DNA from: Bacteroidia bacterium
Lineage (GTDB): Bacteria > Bacteroidota > Bacteroidia > NS11-12g > UBA9320
Direction of reading: 5' to 3'
Assembly: GCA_029268695.1 (NCBI GenBank)
Contig: JAQWNJ010000014.1
Coordinates: forward strand, 64,751-128,750
Length of the DNA: 64,000 nucleotides
In this document: in pieces, positions 9,322 through 20,062 of the stretch
Layout of the letters: every line of letters starts with the position of its first letter
Numbering within the stretch: position 1 is the stretch's first letter
Position numbers and translations under genes: made by a program
Notes under the pieces: model-generated
Told to the model about the DNA's origin: nothing
Seen by the model: only the letters and a program-made list of their open reading frames with translations
Database searches by the model: none

Positions 9322-9978
9322 TTATAATAATTGAATTTCTAAGGCATCAATAGAACGAGCTAATTCAGGTTCTATTGCCTCACAAATTTCAATTAATAGA
9401 TTTCGTTGATCATCATTGAGTTCAATCATTCCAAGATTAGCACAAACACCTTCTACTGCTGCAATCACATTCTCAACACTCGTATATGATTTCAAAAATG
9501 CTGCCTTCATAAATCTTCGATGTTGGCCTTTCCATAATTCATCATCTTGCAATCCTGCATATCTCATAAACTTCAGAATCCAATCCATTTCAACACTATC
9601 AATCATAGCATAAAAATCATCTGCCAACGAAGGATTTTTATCCAAGAGTATTTTGTCCAAAAGAATTTCAACCATAATATGAGTTATGAAATAGTCTCGG
9701 TTGATATCCTTGTCACCACTTTCACGAATCATGTCAGTAGCTTTGTTGGTCAACTCTACAAATGTCATCCAGTTATGAAACTTTCGATCACTTGCAAAAT
9801 GCTTATTGCATCCGTCATTCATCGAAGCAATTTCCTTCGTAGTAAAGGTAATATTTTTGTACGGATTGATCCTTAATTTTGCAATATGTGCTCTTGCTAA
9901 ATCTGGAAGAATTAAACCTAGGTTGAAGTACTTGTTGTCTTCGTCTCTGTCGAAGTAATAATGACTTAAATAATTCAC
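9322..9978 (-). CDS. Acyl carrier protein phosphodiesterase (AcpH)-like HD-family protein
   Basis: The N-terminus MNYLSHYYFD...GLILPDLAR resembles AcpH MNFLAHLHLA...G.LLADFVRG. Its length of about 218 aa is consistent with AcpH. Confidence 0.4.
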   Translation of the reverse strand: MNYLSHYYFDRDEDNKYFNLGLILPDLARAHIAKLRINPYKNITFTTKEIASMNDGCNKHFASDRKFHNWMTFVELTNKATDMIRESGDKDINRDYFITHIMVEILLDKILLDKNPSLADDFYAMIDSVEMDWILKFMRYAGLQDDELWKGQHRRFMKAAFLKSYTSVENVIAAVEGVCANLGMIELNDDQRNLLIEICEAIEPELARSIDALEIQLL

Positions 9979-10140
9979 TACTACAAAACAACGGTTTTTT
10001 TTTCATTTTGCGTAATCTAACCATTGTTATAACGAATCTTTAACCTGCAATTCTTTTTGCTAATGGTTTAATTAATACTTTCGCATCATCTCATTTTGAA
10101 AGTAACTAAAAAAACATCTGACAAGTTGGGAACAGAGAAA

Positions 10141-11475
10141 ATGAGCAAACTCTTGCTCCAACAATCATTGCCCGCATCCATTGGTTTTTTAGTGATGTCA
10201 TTTTATCAAATGGTGGACGTATTTTTTGTAAGCAGATATGCAGAAGGAGAGATTGCTATTGCTGCTATAACAGTTGTTTTACCAATAACATTTCTAATTT
10301 CATCTTTTGGAATGGCAATTGGAGTAGGTGGTTCATCCGTTCTTGCAAGAGCTCTGGGTGAAGGAAATACCTCTAAAGCCCAAAAAACATTTGGAAATCA
10401 AATTAAGCTAACGGTGGGATTTGTACTTTTCTTTGTATTAGTTGGATATGTTTTTCAAGAACAGCTCTTACAAGTTTTTGGAGCAAATGACGAGATTATT
10501 CCATTTGCAAAGAAATATTTTAACATTCTTCTTCTTGGCCTTCCTTTTTTAGGTTGGGCTATGATGACTAATAATGTAATCCGTGCAGAGGGGAAACCCA
10601 AAGTGGCCATGTTGACCATGATTATCCCAGCAGTATCCAATATAATTCTTGACTATCTTTTAATATATCAATTTAATATGGGCATCATAGGTGCAGCTAT
10701 TGCTACCTCATCAGGCTACATACTCAGTGGGTTATATACCCTATGGTTCTTTGTGTCAGGAAGAAGCGAATTAAAATTAATCCCCGACGACTTAAAACTT
10801 GACTTTGGTTTAGTAAAAGAAATCACCTCTATAGGTTCAATAACACTAGTTAGACAAAGCATGTTTAGCATCCTCGCTATTGTGCTATATAGTCAGTTAA
10901 ATAAATGGGGGCTTATAGCCTATGAAAATACACTCGGTCAAAGCGGAGGGTCTCATGCTATTGCTATTTACGGGTTAATTAGAGGGTTTACCTTGTTTGT
11001 GGCATTCCCTATTATTGGTATAATGCAAGGATTAATGCCCATTGTCAGTTATAACTATGGTGCAAAGAATTGGCAAAGAGTTAGGCAATCTGTTTGGTTG
11101 GCTATAAAGTGGACAACATCCATTTCAATAATATTATTAACAATTATTACAGTTTTCCCTCAAGAACTGATTGAAATATTTACTGAAGATAAGGACCTTC
11201 TAAATCATACTCCAAGGGTATTGCGGCTAATCTTCCTTTCATTACCTCTAATGGGCATAGGATTCATAGGTGGGGGCTTTTTTCAAGCCATTGGCAAACC
11301 CATCCCAGCATTGGTGTTAACACTCGCAAGACAGGGACTTTTCATGATACCTCTAATGCACATTTTAAGTTACTTCTTGGGATTAGATGGAGTTTGGTTT
11401 TCCATGCCTTTAGGTGAAATATTAGCTGGAATTTGGGCAGGAATTTGGCTTTATACCAGGGTGAGGAGCTTATAG
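10141..11475 (+). CDS. MATE family multidrug/oligosaccharide efflux transporter
   Basis: It has 12 predicted TM helices and the MATE N-terminal motif (LLLQQSLPASIGFLVMSFYQMVDVFFVSR). A TTG at 10096 is an alternative start. Confidence 0.8.
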   Translation: MSKLLLQQSLPASIGFLVMSFYQMVDVFFVSRYAEGEIAIAAITVVLPITFLISSFGMAIGVGGSSVLARALGEGNTSKAQKTFGNQIKLTVGFVLFFVLVGYVFQEQLLQVFGANDEIIPFAKKYFNILLLGLPFLGWAMMTNNVIRAEGKPKVAMLTMIIPAVSNIILDYLLIYQFNMGIIGAAIATSSGYILSGLYTLWFFVSGRSELKLIPDDLKLDFGLVKEITSIGSITLVRQSMFSILAIVLYSQLNKWGLIAYENTLGQSGGSHAIAIYGLIRGFTLFVAFPIIGIMQGLMPIVSYNYGAKNWQRVRQSVWLAIKWTTSISIILLTIITVFPQELIEIFTEDKDLLNHTPRVLRLIFLSLPLMGIGFIGGGFFQAIGKPIPALVLTLARQGLFMIPLMHILSYFLGLDGVWFSMPLGEILAGIWAGIWLYTRVRSL

Positions 11476-11505
11476 AAGATAAAGAAATTTACAGAGACTC
11501 TATAA

Positions 11506-12531
11506 TTAAATATCAAATGCCTCGTCTACTATTGCTTTTTGCTCTCGAGTGTGAACAGCTGCATATCCAGTAGCTGGGCTAGCACTGCTTTTGCGAGTAA
11601 TCTCTTTGAAATTTCTAGCCCAATCATATCGTAAAACATGCATCCAGGCACCCATATTTTTAGGTTCTTCTTGCACCCAACAAAATTCAGCTTTGGGGTA
11701 TTTTTTGAAAAGTTTCTTAATTTGAGACTCTGGCATTGGGTAGAGTTGTTCTATTCTAACGATTGCCACATCTTTTCTTTTTTCAGATTCCTGTTTTTGC
11801 AAAAGGTCATAATAAATTTTACCACTGCATAGATTTACTCTTTTTACTTTCTTTAAATCTACATAGTTATCATCTATCACCTCTTGAAATGTTCCGTTAG
11901 TAAAATCCTTTGTTGTGCTTACACATTTTGGATGTCTCAACAAACTTTTAGGACTCATAATAGCCAATGGTTTCCTAAAGTCTCTATGAATTTGTCGTCT
12001 GAGAGCATGAAATAAATTTGCAGGGTTTGTGATATTCATCACCTGCATATTTGCAGATGCACATAATTGCAAATATCGCTCTAGACGAGCACTACTATGT
12101 TCTGGACCTTGCCCCTCATATCCGTGAGGCAAAAGCATCACCAATCCACTGTACCTTCCCCATTTAGTTTCCCCACTTGCGACAAATTGATCAATCATCA
12201 CTTGACAACCATTGGCAAAATCTCCAAACTGAGCTTCCCAAATTGTAAGCCCTTGTGGGTTGGTAATTGAATACCCATATTCAAAACCTAATACTGCATA
12301 CTCAGACAATAAGGAATTATGTATATCAAACGGAGCTTGATCAGAAGAAATATGATTTAATGGGATAAATTTTTCAATACCATCTTCCATATTAATCACT
12401 GAATGTCTGTGTGAGAATGTTCCTCGTTCGACATCTTGCCCACTCATGCGAACCGGATGACCTTCATTAAGCAACGAACCATAAGCCATTAATTCACCTA
12501 TGGCCCAATCATATACTCCTGACGATATCAA
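11506..12531 (-). CDS. sucA: 2-oxoglutarate dehydrogenase E1 component, C-terminal 341 codons, in the same frame as the upstream part
   Basis: The transketolase-like C-terminal half is present (GYSITNPQGLTIWEAQFGDFANGCQVMIDQF, LLPHGYEGQGPEHSSARLERYLQ). The frame is continuous with 12535..14226 except for a single TAA at 12535-12537. Confidence 0.75.
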   Translation of the reverse strand: MISSGVYDWAIGELMAYGSLLNEGHPVRMSGQDVERGTFSHRHSVINMEDGIEKFIPLNHISSDQAPFDIHNSLLSEYAVLGFEYGYSITNPQGLTIWEAQFGDFANGCQVMIDQFVASGETKWGRYSGLVMLLPHGYEGQGPEHSSARLERYLQLCASANMQVMNITNPANLFHALRRQIHRDFRKPLAIMSPKSLLRHPKCVSTTKDFTNGTFQEVIDDNYVDLKKVKRVNLCSGKIYYDLLQKQESEKRKDVAIVRIEQLYPMPESQIKKLFKKYPKAEFCWVQEEPKNMGAWMHVLRYDWARNFKEITRKSSASPATGYAAVHTREQKAIVDEAFDI

Positions 12532-12534
12532 TTC

Positions 12535-14226
12535 TTATCTATCGTTATAAAGTTTGGTTACTTTTTTAATTGGGGTATGATTATCTGGGATGGAAGTAAT
12601 TGCAATTGCGACCTTTTCTAAACTCGCTTTTGTAACAGAAGTTTTAAATGAACGCTCAAAATCTGCTTTCGTACCGGATTTAATAACGCTCCAAGTATTT
12701 TTGGGTAGATTGTTATTTTTTGGTTTTTTATCCGCACGAACATCTTCTAGGTCCTCTTGAAGCATCTTTTTAAATTCACGCTCCATCTCTTTAGCAAGAT
12801 TTGCTTCTATTGTTCCTTGTTCACTGAGTTTTTTTGCATAGATTTCTCTTGGATTAGGATGTTTAGCAATCGTTTTGTAAAGCATAGGTTGGGTGAATTT
12901 TGGTTCATCACCCTCATTATGACCATATTTACGATATCCTAAAATATCAATAAATACATCCTTATTAAAGGTTTGCCTGTATTCTAATGCAAGTTTTATT
13001 GTATATATAACTGCTTCAACATCATCACCATTAACATGGAAAACGGGACATTTGGTAGTCTTAGCTACATCCGTACAGTAAATTGATGTTCTAGCGTCAG
13101 TATAGTTAGTCGTAAAACCAATTTGATTATTGGTAACTAGATGAAGTGTACCTCCAACATTATAACCGTCCAATCCAGCCATTTGAATAACCTCATAAAC
13201 GATACCCTGCCCAGCAATAGCGGCATCACCATGGATTAGTATGGGAGTGATTTTTGACAAATCTTTAGCATAACGTTCGTCCAATTTAGCTTTAGTCATT
13301 CCCTGTACAACAGGATTAACCGCCTCCAAATGACTTGGGTTAGGACATAGGTTGAGCTTAACCTTCTTGCCTAAACTGGTAGTTACAGAACTGGTATATC
13401 CCAAGTGGTATTTGACATCACCCTCAAATACGGAATCTTCATAGGCTTTACCTTCAAATTCATTGAAAATTTCAGCATAACTTTTTTTCATAATATTAGC
13501 TAAAACATTCAATCTCCCACGGTGAGCCATCCCGATAACAAACTCTTCTACACCTTGCCCTGAACCTAATTCAATTGCAGCATCTAAAGCGGGTATTAAC
13601 GACTCCAATCCCTCTAATGAAAATCGTTTTTGTCCAACATATTTAGTATGCAAAAAATTCTCAAATGCAACTGCATGATTAAGCTTTTCAAGGGTTAGTT
13701 TTTTCTGCTCAATTGTGAAGTCTGGTGTATTCTTTCTCTGCTCCATTCTACTTTGAAGCCACTCTAACTGCTTTGGGTTTGTCATATACATATACTCAAC
13801 CCCGATACTACCACAATAGGTCTGCTCACAATGAGCAATAATATCCTTTAGTTTTGCAGGACCAATCCCTAAAGCTACACCCGCATTAAATTTTTTATCT
13901 AAGTCTGATTTAGTAAGTCCAAAGTTCTCAATGGATAAATCTGGCGAATATTTTCGACGAGCTCTTACAGGATTTGTTTTCGTAAAAAGATGCCCTCTCG
14001 AACGATAACCCTTATTTATGAGATTCAAGACATTAATTTCTTTCATCATATCCTCAGATACGACTTCACTCGTTCCATTCAACCCTAAATCACCATAGGC
14101 CAGATCAAACCCTTCAAAAAATCGTTGCCAACTTTCGTCTAATGAAAATTTATCTGTTTTGTATTGTTCGTATAGATGTTCAATAGAATCAACATCTGCA
14201 TTGCTGAGGTATGAATGATTTAACAT
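12535..14226 (-). CDS. sucA: 2-oxoglutarate dehydrogenase E1 component, N-terminal 563 codons, ending at an in-frame TAA
   Basis: The N-terminus (SYLSNADVDSIEHLYEQYK) and the ThDP-binding region (GMAHRGRLNVLANI...HGDAAIAGQG) are present. Confidence 0.8.
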   Translation of the reverse strand: MLNHSYLSNADVDSIEHLYEQYKTDKFSLDESWQRFFEGFDLAYGDLGLNGTSEVVSEDMMKEINVLNLINKGYRSRGHLFTKTNPVRARRKYSPDLSIENFGLTKSDLDKKFNAGVALGIGPAKLKDIIAHCEQTYCGSIGVEYMYMTNPKQLEWLQSRMEQRKNTPDFTIEQKKLTLEKLNHAVAFENFLHTKYVGQKRFSLEGLESLIPALDAAIELGSGQGVEEFVIGMAHRGRLNVLANIMKKSYAEIFNEFEGKAYEDSVFEGDVKYHLGYTSSVTTSLGKKVKLNLCPNPSHLEAVNPVVQGMTKAKLDERYAKDLSKITPILIHGDAAIAGQGIVYEVIQMAGLDGYNVGGTLHLVTNNQIGFTTNYTDARTSIYCTDVAKTTKCPVFHVNGDDVEAVIYTIKLALEYRQTFNKDVFIDILGYRKYGHNEGDEPKFTQPMLYKTIAKHPNPREIYAKKLSEQGTIEANLAKEMEREFKKMLQEDLEDVRADKKPKNNNLPKNTWSVIKSGTKADFERSFKTSVTKASLEKVAIAITSIPDNHTPIKKVTKLYNDR

Positions 14227-14409
14227 TAAAAAAATATGTTTAACAAAAATATAAATGTGTTTTATTATGACTCACTTTATTTATGAAAGATTTATCCATA
14301 AAAATTCATCCATTGTAGAACCCCATAGTTACATGGTTTAATATTTAATATTAATGCACCTATTTCTCACTTTACCGTAACCAAAACAATACATTTGCGT
14401 TCCTTATAA

Positions 14410-17400
14410 GTGAATAGCCAAGAATTTGCACATCTTTTTGATAAACATCCCGTTCTAAATCAGTTGGAGAATGAAGTTATAGCTGGGAAAACTCGCATTG
14501 GTATCCAGAATTGTATTGGATCTGCAAAGTCTATTACTATAGCTCATGTTCTTAAAAATTTGCAACGAAGTCAACTTATCATTTGTGACGACCTTGAGCA
14601 AGCGGAGAATATGTATTCAGATATGGAGGTATTCGCTAATCACAACTTGGTATTTTTATGGAAAGACTCGTTTAGGAAAAGTTTTAATCTTACACATTCA
14701 GATAATAACAAAATACAGAGTAATGCTAACGTTCTCGAAGCAATTTCAGACATTGAACACCCTAAAATTGTCGTAACCTACCCCGAGGCGATAACTGAAA
14801 AAATTATCAATCAAGATGAGCTAAAAAAAAGTAAACTAACATTCAGAGTTGGAGAAGAGGTTGACTTAGACTTTTTGATCGAATTACTCAATGAGTACCA
14901 TTTTTACAGAGAGGACTTTGTTTATGAGCCCGGACAGTTCTCCATCAGAGGAGGAATAATTGACTTATTTTCCTATGCTAATGACTTACCAATTCGACTT
15001 GAATTATTTGGTCGAACCATTGAAAGTATTCGAGAGTTTGATCCTGTTAGTCAACTCAGTACAAAAACACTGGTAAGAGGTACTGTAGTCCCCAATGTCT
15101 CGGAGAGTGTCCAGACGCAAGAGGGTACCCATATCCTCAATTACTTGGGTAAAAAAACCATTGTTTTCTCCACAGACTTACCCAAGGCCCTCGCTAAAAT
15201 AGAAAAAGGATTAGAAAAAGTCCATTCACAAGAAACTGAAGAACACAACCCTACTAACATTTTTTTCAAACTTTCTGAAATCATCCATCAAATCGGAGCT
15301 AATTCTGTAATAGAATTTGGGAGTCAATACCACTACAGGCCTTCAATCAAACTCAAATTTGATCAAGCACCTCAAGTACCCATCAATAAAAACTTTAACC
15401 TTCTTATTGACACCTTTAAATCGCTTGAAGAACAGGGATATAAACCCCTAATATTTTCTGAAAGTCCAAAACAGATTGAACGACTTGAAAGCATATTTGA
15501 TGATTTGAATGCGGGGTATCAGCTTCAACCTGTTTACAAAAGTTTAAGTGAGGGATTTATTGATCATTCACTCAAAGTTGCAGCATACACAGAACATCAG
15601 ATTTTTAATCGCTATTACCTTGCAAAATCAGGAAGATCAGTTTCTGCAAGCGGTGCTATTTCGCTAAAAGAATTACAAAACTTGAACCCCGGAGATTTTG
15701 TGGTTCACATTGACCACGGCATAGGCCAATTTAAGGGCTTGCAACGCATAGAAATGGCAGGTAAAATACAAGATGCTATTCGGATTGAGTATAAAAACAA
15801 TGACTTACTCTATGTGAATATTGCGTCCCTTTATAAAATCAGTAAGTACAAAGGGAATAGTGGCAATCCACCCAAAATAAACAAACTGGGTGGAGATGCC
15901 TGGACCAACCTAAAACGTAAAACCAAAGCTCAAGTCAAGGATATTGCTAAAGATCTAATCAAGTTGTACGCCAAGAGAAAGTCCGAAAAAGGGTTTCAAT
16001 TTCATCCTGACACCTACCTCCAAACTGAACTTGAGGCTAGTTTTTTATACGAAGATACCCCAGACCAAGCCAAGGCTACTGAAGATTTTAAGAAGGATAT
16101 GGAAAGTCCCAACCCCATGGATCGTCTTATCTGTGGTGATGTGGGATTTGGTAAAACAGAGATTGCAATTCGAGCTGCTTTCAAAGCAGTAACTGACAGT
16201 AAACAAGTTGCTATTTTAGTCCCTACTACCATTTTAGCTCAACAACACTATCAAACATTTAGAGACCGACTTCGAGATTTCCCATGCAATGTAGACTATG
16301 TAAATCGGTTCAGAACTGCAAAACAACAAAATCTAACATTAAAAAACCTTGCGGAGGGTAAATTGGACATTATCATCGGCACCCATAAATTATTAGGCAA
16401 AAAAACCAAGTTTAAAGATTTGGGATTACTAATTATCGATGAGGAACAAAAGTTTGGAGTTAGTGCCAAAGAACGACTTAAAGAGTTTAGAGCCAACGTA
16501 GATACATTAACACTGACGGCTACACCGATTCCTAGAACACTACACTTTTCGTTGATGGGTGCAAGAGATTTAAGCATTATACAAACCCCTCCACCTAACC
16601 GAAGACCAGTGCAAACTGAGGTTCAGGTATGGAATGATGAGATTCTGAAGGATGCAATTTCTGCAGAAATAACTCGCGGAGGACAAACTTTTGTTATTCA
16701 TAATCGAGTAAAGGATATTCAAGAAATTGCTCAACGAATTCAAAACCTAGTACCTCAGGCGAATGTGATTGTTGGTCATGGACAAATGAAGGGTGATGAA
16801 CTCGAAAAAGTCATGGTCCAATTCATTGAAGGTGAGTACAACGTATTGATAGCCACAACTATCATCGAGAGTGGATTAGACATACCCAATGCAAATACCA
16901 TCATCATCAATAATGCACACATGTTTGGACTTAGCGACTTACACCAAATGCGGGGAAGAGTTGGAAGAAGTAACATTAAAGCCTACTGTTATTTACTGGC
17001 ACCTCCCACTTATACTCTACCTGATGAAGGAAGACGAAGATTACAAGCCATTGAAGAATTTTCAGATTTAGGTAGTGGGTTCAATGTAGCCATGAGGGAT
17101 TTGGATATTCGTGGTGCAGGCAATCTCCTAGGAGCTGAACAAAGTGGATTTATTGCTGAAATAGGATTTAACATGTACCATAAAATATTGGATGAGGCCA
17201 TCCAAGAATTAAGAGAAGGTGAATTCAAGGAAGTACTCGAAAAAGTCGATGGTAAGCCCAAACCCCAAAAACTAGAAGTCACCACCACAGTAGAAACAGA
17301 CTTTGATGCTCGAATACCAGAAAATTACGTCAGTAATGTAGCTGAGAGAATCAACCTATATACCCAATTAAGTGCCTTAAATTTCTCTGAAGATCTAGAC

Positions 17401-17727
17401 CAAGCTGTGGAAAAGATCATTGATCGATTTGGCAAACTCCCCAAAGAAGTCTCTCAATTATTTATGAGTATTCGACTCAAAATAGCTGCTCAAAATATTT
17501 ACGCTGAGAAGGTAAAAACAAGAGGATCTGATGTGTTTTTATATTTTAATAATGATTTGGGTAAAGAATTCTACCAAGAGATGACATTTAGTAACATCAT
17601 GGAAATGGTTCGGATAAAGCCTGATCACTTCAGTTTTAACCAAACTAACAAACACCTCATCTTGACTATAAAAGGGTTTGGCAGTATTCAAGATAGCTTG
17701 AATCAAATAATGTTACTCGCCCAATAA
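14410..17727 (+). CDS. mfd: Transcription-repair coupling factor Mfd
   Basis: The 1105-aa product has UvrB-homology, RNAP-interaction, DEAD-box/RecG-like helicase motifs (GDVGFGKTEIAIRAAF, LIIDEEQKFGV) and a TRCF C-terminal domain. The GTG start is preceded by an in-frame stop. Confidence 0.9.
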   Translation: MNSQEFAHLFDKHPVLNQLENEVIAGKTRIGIQNCIGSAKSITIAHVLKNLQRSQLIICDDLEQAENMYSDMEVFANHNLVFLWKDSFRKSFNLTHSDNNKIQSNANVLEAISDIEHPKIVVTYPEAITEKIINQDELKKSKLTFRVGEEVDLDFLIELLNEYHFYREDFVYEPGQFSIRGGIIDLFSYANDLPIRLELFGRTIESIREFDPVSQLSTKTLVRGTVVPNVSESVQTQEGTHILNYLGKKTIVFSTDLPKALAKIEKGLEKVHSQETEEHNPTNIFFKLSEIIHQIGANSVIEFGSQYHYRPSIKLKFDQAPQVPINKNFNLLIDTFKSLEEQGYKPLIFSESPKQIERLESIFDDLNAGYQLQPVYKSLSEGFIDHSLKVAAYTEHQIFNRYYLAKSGRSVSASGAISLKELQNLNPGDFVVHIDHGIGQFKGLQRIEMAGKIQDAIRIEYKNNDLLYVNIASLYKISKYKGNSGNPPKINKLGGDAWTNLKRKTKAQVKDIAKDLIKLYAKRKSEKGFQFHPDTYLQTELEASFLYEDTPDQAKATEDFKKDMESPNPMDRLICGDVGFGKTEIAIRAAFKAVTDSKQVAILVPTTILAQQHYQTFRDRLRDFPCNVDYVNRFRTAKQQNLTLKNLAEGKLDIIIGTHKLLGKKTKFKDLGLLIIDEEQKFGVSAKERLKEFRANVDTLTLTATPIPRTLHFSLMGARDLSIIQTPPPNRRPVQTEVQVWNDEILKDAISAEITRGGQTFVIHNRVKDIQEIAQRIQNLVPQANVIVGHGQMKGDELEKVMVQFIEGEYNVLIATTIIESGLDIPNANTIIINNAHMFGLSDLHQMRGRVGRSNIKAYCYLLAPPTYTLPDEGRRRLQAIEEFSDLGSGFNVAMRDLDIRGAGNLLGAEQSGFIAEIGFNMYHKILDEAIQELREGEFKEVLEKVDGKPKPQKLEVTTTVETDFDARIPENYVSNVAERINLYTQLSALNFSEDLDQAVEKIIDRFGKLPKEVSQLFMSIRLKIAAQNIYAEKVKTRGSDVFLYFNNDLGKEFYQEMTFSNIMEMVRIKPDHFSFNQTNKHLILTIKGFGSIQDSLNQIMLLAQ

Positions 17728-17776
17728 AATTCTACTTTTACAATCTCACAATAAAAGCACTTAAATTTGTGCATTC

Positions 17777-18751
17777 ATGAGACTAGTTACCTCAGATGAT
17801 ATCATTGATGTGTTGGCCAAAGGCAAACAACGTGGTTTGCGATTTTTAATATCTAAGCTCACTTTGAACAAGCTGAACCGAACCAAAAGTGCATTTGATA
17901 AATCTTCAATCAGCCACTCTAACTGGTGGATTATTCCAGAGGTAAAAGAACGTTGGAACAAACTCATAACTGGTAACCTAAAAGTAACCTACGAAACATT
18001 TATGATGAATGGTTATTTAAAAAATAAAAAAAATCTTCGATTACTATCTATTGGATCAGGATCATGCAGCCACGAATTAGAGCTGGCATCATATCCTAAT
18101 TTTGAGAAAATAGTCTGTGTTGACATTGCGGATAATCGTCTCAAAGAAGCAGAAAAAATAGCTCACTCAAAAGGCCTTCAAAACATTTCCTTTATATGTG
18201 CCAATGCTCTTGAATATTCATTTGAGTCAAATTTTGACATTGTATTTTTTCATTCATCTCTTCATCACTTTAACCATATCTCAAATCTGATACCCCACAA
18301 AATAATTCCTCTGTTAAAATCAGATGGCCATTTAATTATCAATGAGTATGTTGGTCCTACTCGGATTCAACACCCCAAACACCAAGTACAAGCTATCAAT
18401 CGAGGATTAAAACTTATCCCTAATAAATTCCGAAAACGCTTTAAGACGGGATGGATAAAGAGACTATATCATGGATCTGGGCTTATTCGTATGATACTAG
18501 CTGATCCATCCGAATGCATAGATTCATCAAGTATACTGCCTACTATTCATACCCATTTTAAAACGATTGATGAACGACCATACGGAGGAAATATACTCAT
18601 GCATGTTTTCAAAGACATCTCACATCATTTTCTAGATATGGATTCTGAAAGAAAATATATTCTTAATTCATTATTTGATTTTGAAGATGAATATCTTCAA
18701 AATCAACCTTCAGATTTTGTGTTTGGGATTTATCAATTAAAAAAGTCTTAG
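17777..18751 (+). CDS. Class I SAM-dependent methyltransferase
   Basis: Motif I-like LLSIGSGSCSHELELA and a post-I acidic region CVDIADNRL are present. No DNA-methyltransferase target-recognition motifs were seen. Confidence 0.6.
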   Translation: MRLVTSDDIIDVLAKGKQRGLRFLISKLTLNKLNRTKSAFDKSSISHSNWWIIPEVKERWNKLITGNLKVTYETFMMNGYLKNKKNLRLLSIGSGSCSHELELASYPNFEKIVCVDIADNRLKEAEKIAHSKGLQNISFICANALEYSFESNFDIVFFHSSLHHFNHISNLIPHKIIPLLKSDGHLIINEYVGPTRIQHPKHQVQAINRGLKLIPNKFRKRFKTGWIKRLYHGSGLIRMILADPSECIDSSSILPTIHTHFKTIDERPYGGNILMHVFKDISHHFLDMDSERKYILNSLFDFEDEYLQNQPSDFVFGIYQLKKS

Positions 18752-20004
18752 AATTTTTTTAACAACTCTCCAAACTCCCATATATCCATGTATGAATTGT
18801 AGAAAGGGACAGGAGCAAGTCTTATTACATTCGGTTCTCGCCAATCGGCTATTACGTCGTTAGCCGTTAAATAATCAAATAATGATTTCCCACTTGCATT
18901 GGTAAGCATACTTAATTGACAACCACGATCTTCAGGTGTAATGATCTCGAAGGCTAGCTTGGAGTTAGATGCCTGTGCATCTATGACCACCTGCTCTAAA
19001 AAACGATTTAATTTTTGCCCTTTAGTAGCTAAAGCATCCATCCCTACTTTATCAAATATATCCAAGGAAGCCTTGTGAGCAGCCATTGTAATAACGGGAG
19101 CATTACTCAACTGCCATCCTGCAGCACCTGGTTCAGGGATGTATCCACGTTTCATTTGAAAACGCTCACTTTCTTTGTGTCCCCACCAACCTGCAAATCG
19201 AGGCATATCTGGATTATGCCCATGTTTTTCATGGATAAATACACCACTCACTCCACCAGGACCAGAATTCATATACTTATAGGTACACCAGGCCGCAAAA
19301 TCTACCTTCCAGTCGTGTAGTTGTAGTTTGACATTACCTGCTGCATGAGCACAATCAAAACCAGCAATAGCTCCTACTTTATGTGCTGCTGCAGTTAGTG
19401 CTTTTATATCAAAATATTGTCCTGTATAATATTGTACACCACTAAAAAATAATAATGCCAATTCATCACCCGCTTCTTCAATGGCTTGCACAACGTCTTC
19501 TGTTCGAAGATGATGTTCTCCTTGCCTTGGCTCAAGCTCGATTACAGCATCATCATATTCATGCCCATGATGTTTCACTTGACTTTCAATGACATACATA
19601 TCACTTGGAAACGCTCCTGCTTCCATAATAATCTTATATCGTTTTGAAGACGGTCTATAAAAACTAACCAATAAAAGATGAAGATTGACTGTCAGATTGT
19701 TCATCACAATTACCTCATCTTTTTTTGCTCCTACAACATTAGCTTCTTTTTCAAAAAAATGATGATAGCTAAACCAAGGATTCTTTCCATGAAAATGCCC
19801 CTCAACACCAAAATTTTTCCAATCATCTAACTCTTGCTGAATATAGCTTTGGACAGATTTGGGTTGAAGCCCTAAAGAATTTCCAGTGAAGTATAGCTGT
19901 TCATTGCGGGTTTTGCCTGAGGGAATATAAAAATGGTTTCTATACTCTCTTAATGGGTCGTTATTATCCAAATCTTCGGCTATTTGTTTACTGGTAGTCA
20001 GCAT
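18748..20004 (-). CDS. kynU: Kynureninase (PLP-dependent)
   Basis: The 418-aa aminotransferase class V fold matches kynureninases throughout (LYFTGNSLGLQP..., CTYKYMNSGPGG Lys-PLP region). Confidence 0.8.
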   Translation of the reverse strand: MLTTSKQIAEDLDNNDPLREYRNHFYIPSGKTRNEQLYFTGNSLGLQPKSVQSYIQQELDDWKNFGVEGHFHGKNPWFSYHHFFEKEANVVGAKKDEVIVMNNLTVNLHLLLVSFYRPSSKRYKIIMEAGAFPSDMYVIESQVKHHGHEYDDAVIELEPRQGEHHLRTEDVVQAIEEAGDELALLFFSGVQYYTGQYFDIKALTAAAHKVGAIAGFDCAHAAGNVKLQLHDWKVDFAAWCTYKYMNSGPGGVSGVFIHEKHGHNPDMPRFAGWWGHKESERFQMKRGYIPEPGAAGWQLSNAPVITMAAHKASLDIFDKVGMDALATKGQKLNRFLEQVVIDAQASNSKLAFEIITPEDRGCQLSMLTNASGKSLFDYLTANDVIADWREPNVIRLAPVPFYNSYMDIWEFGELLKKF

Positions 20005-20062
20005 AGTGCAAATAAAACAACAAAATATGGGTTCTGAAATTTAGTTTAGATATGATGTATTT

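Noticed and set aside
9416-10024. ORFs 9416..9613(+), 9547..9876(+) and 9815..10024(-), antisense to or overlapping the AcpH-like gene
   Set aside because: They overlap a conserved-looking coding frame on the opposite strand, and their products are low-complexity.
14337-14354. AT-only repeat/palindrome TTTAATATTTAATATTAA in the sucA-mfd divergent intergenic region
   Set aside because: It is expected promoter-region AT-richness in a 35% GC genome and cannot be distinguished from background.
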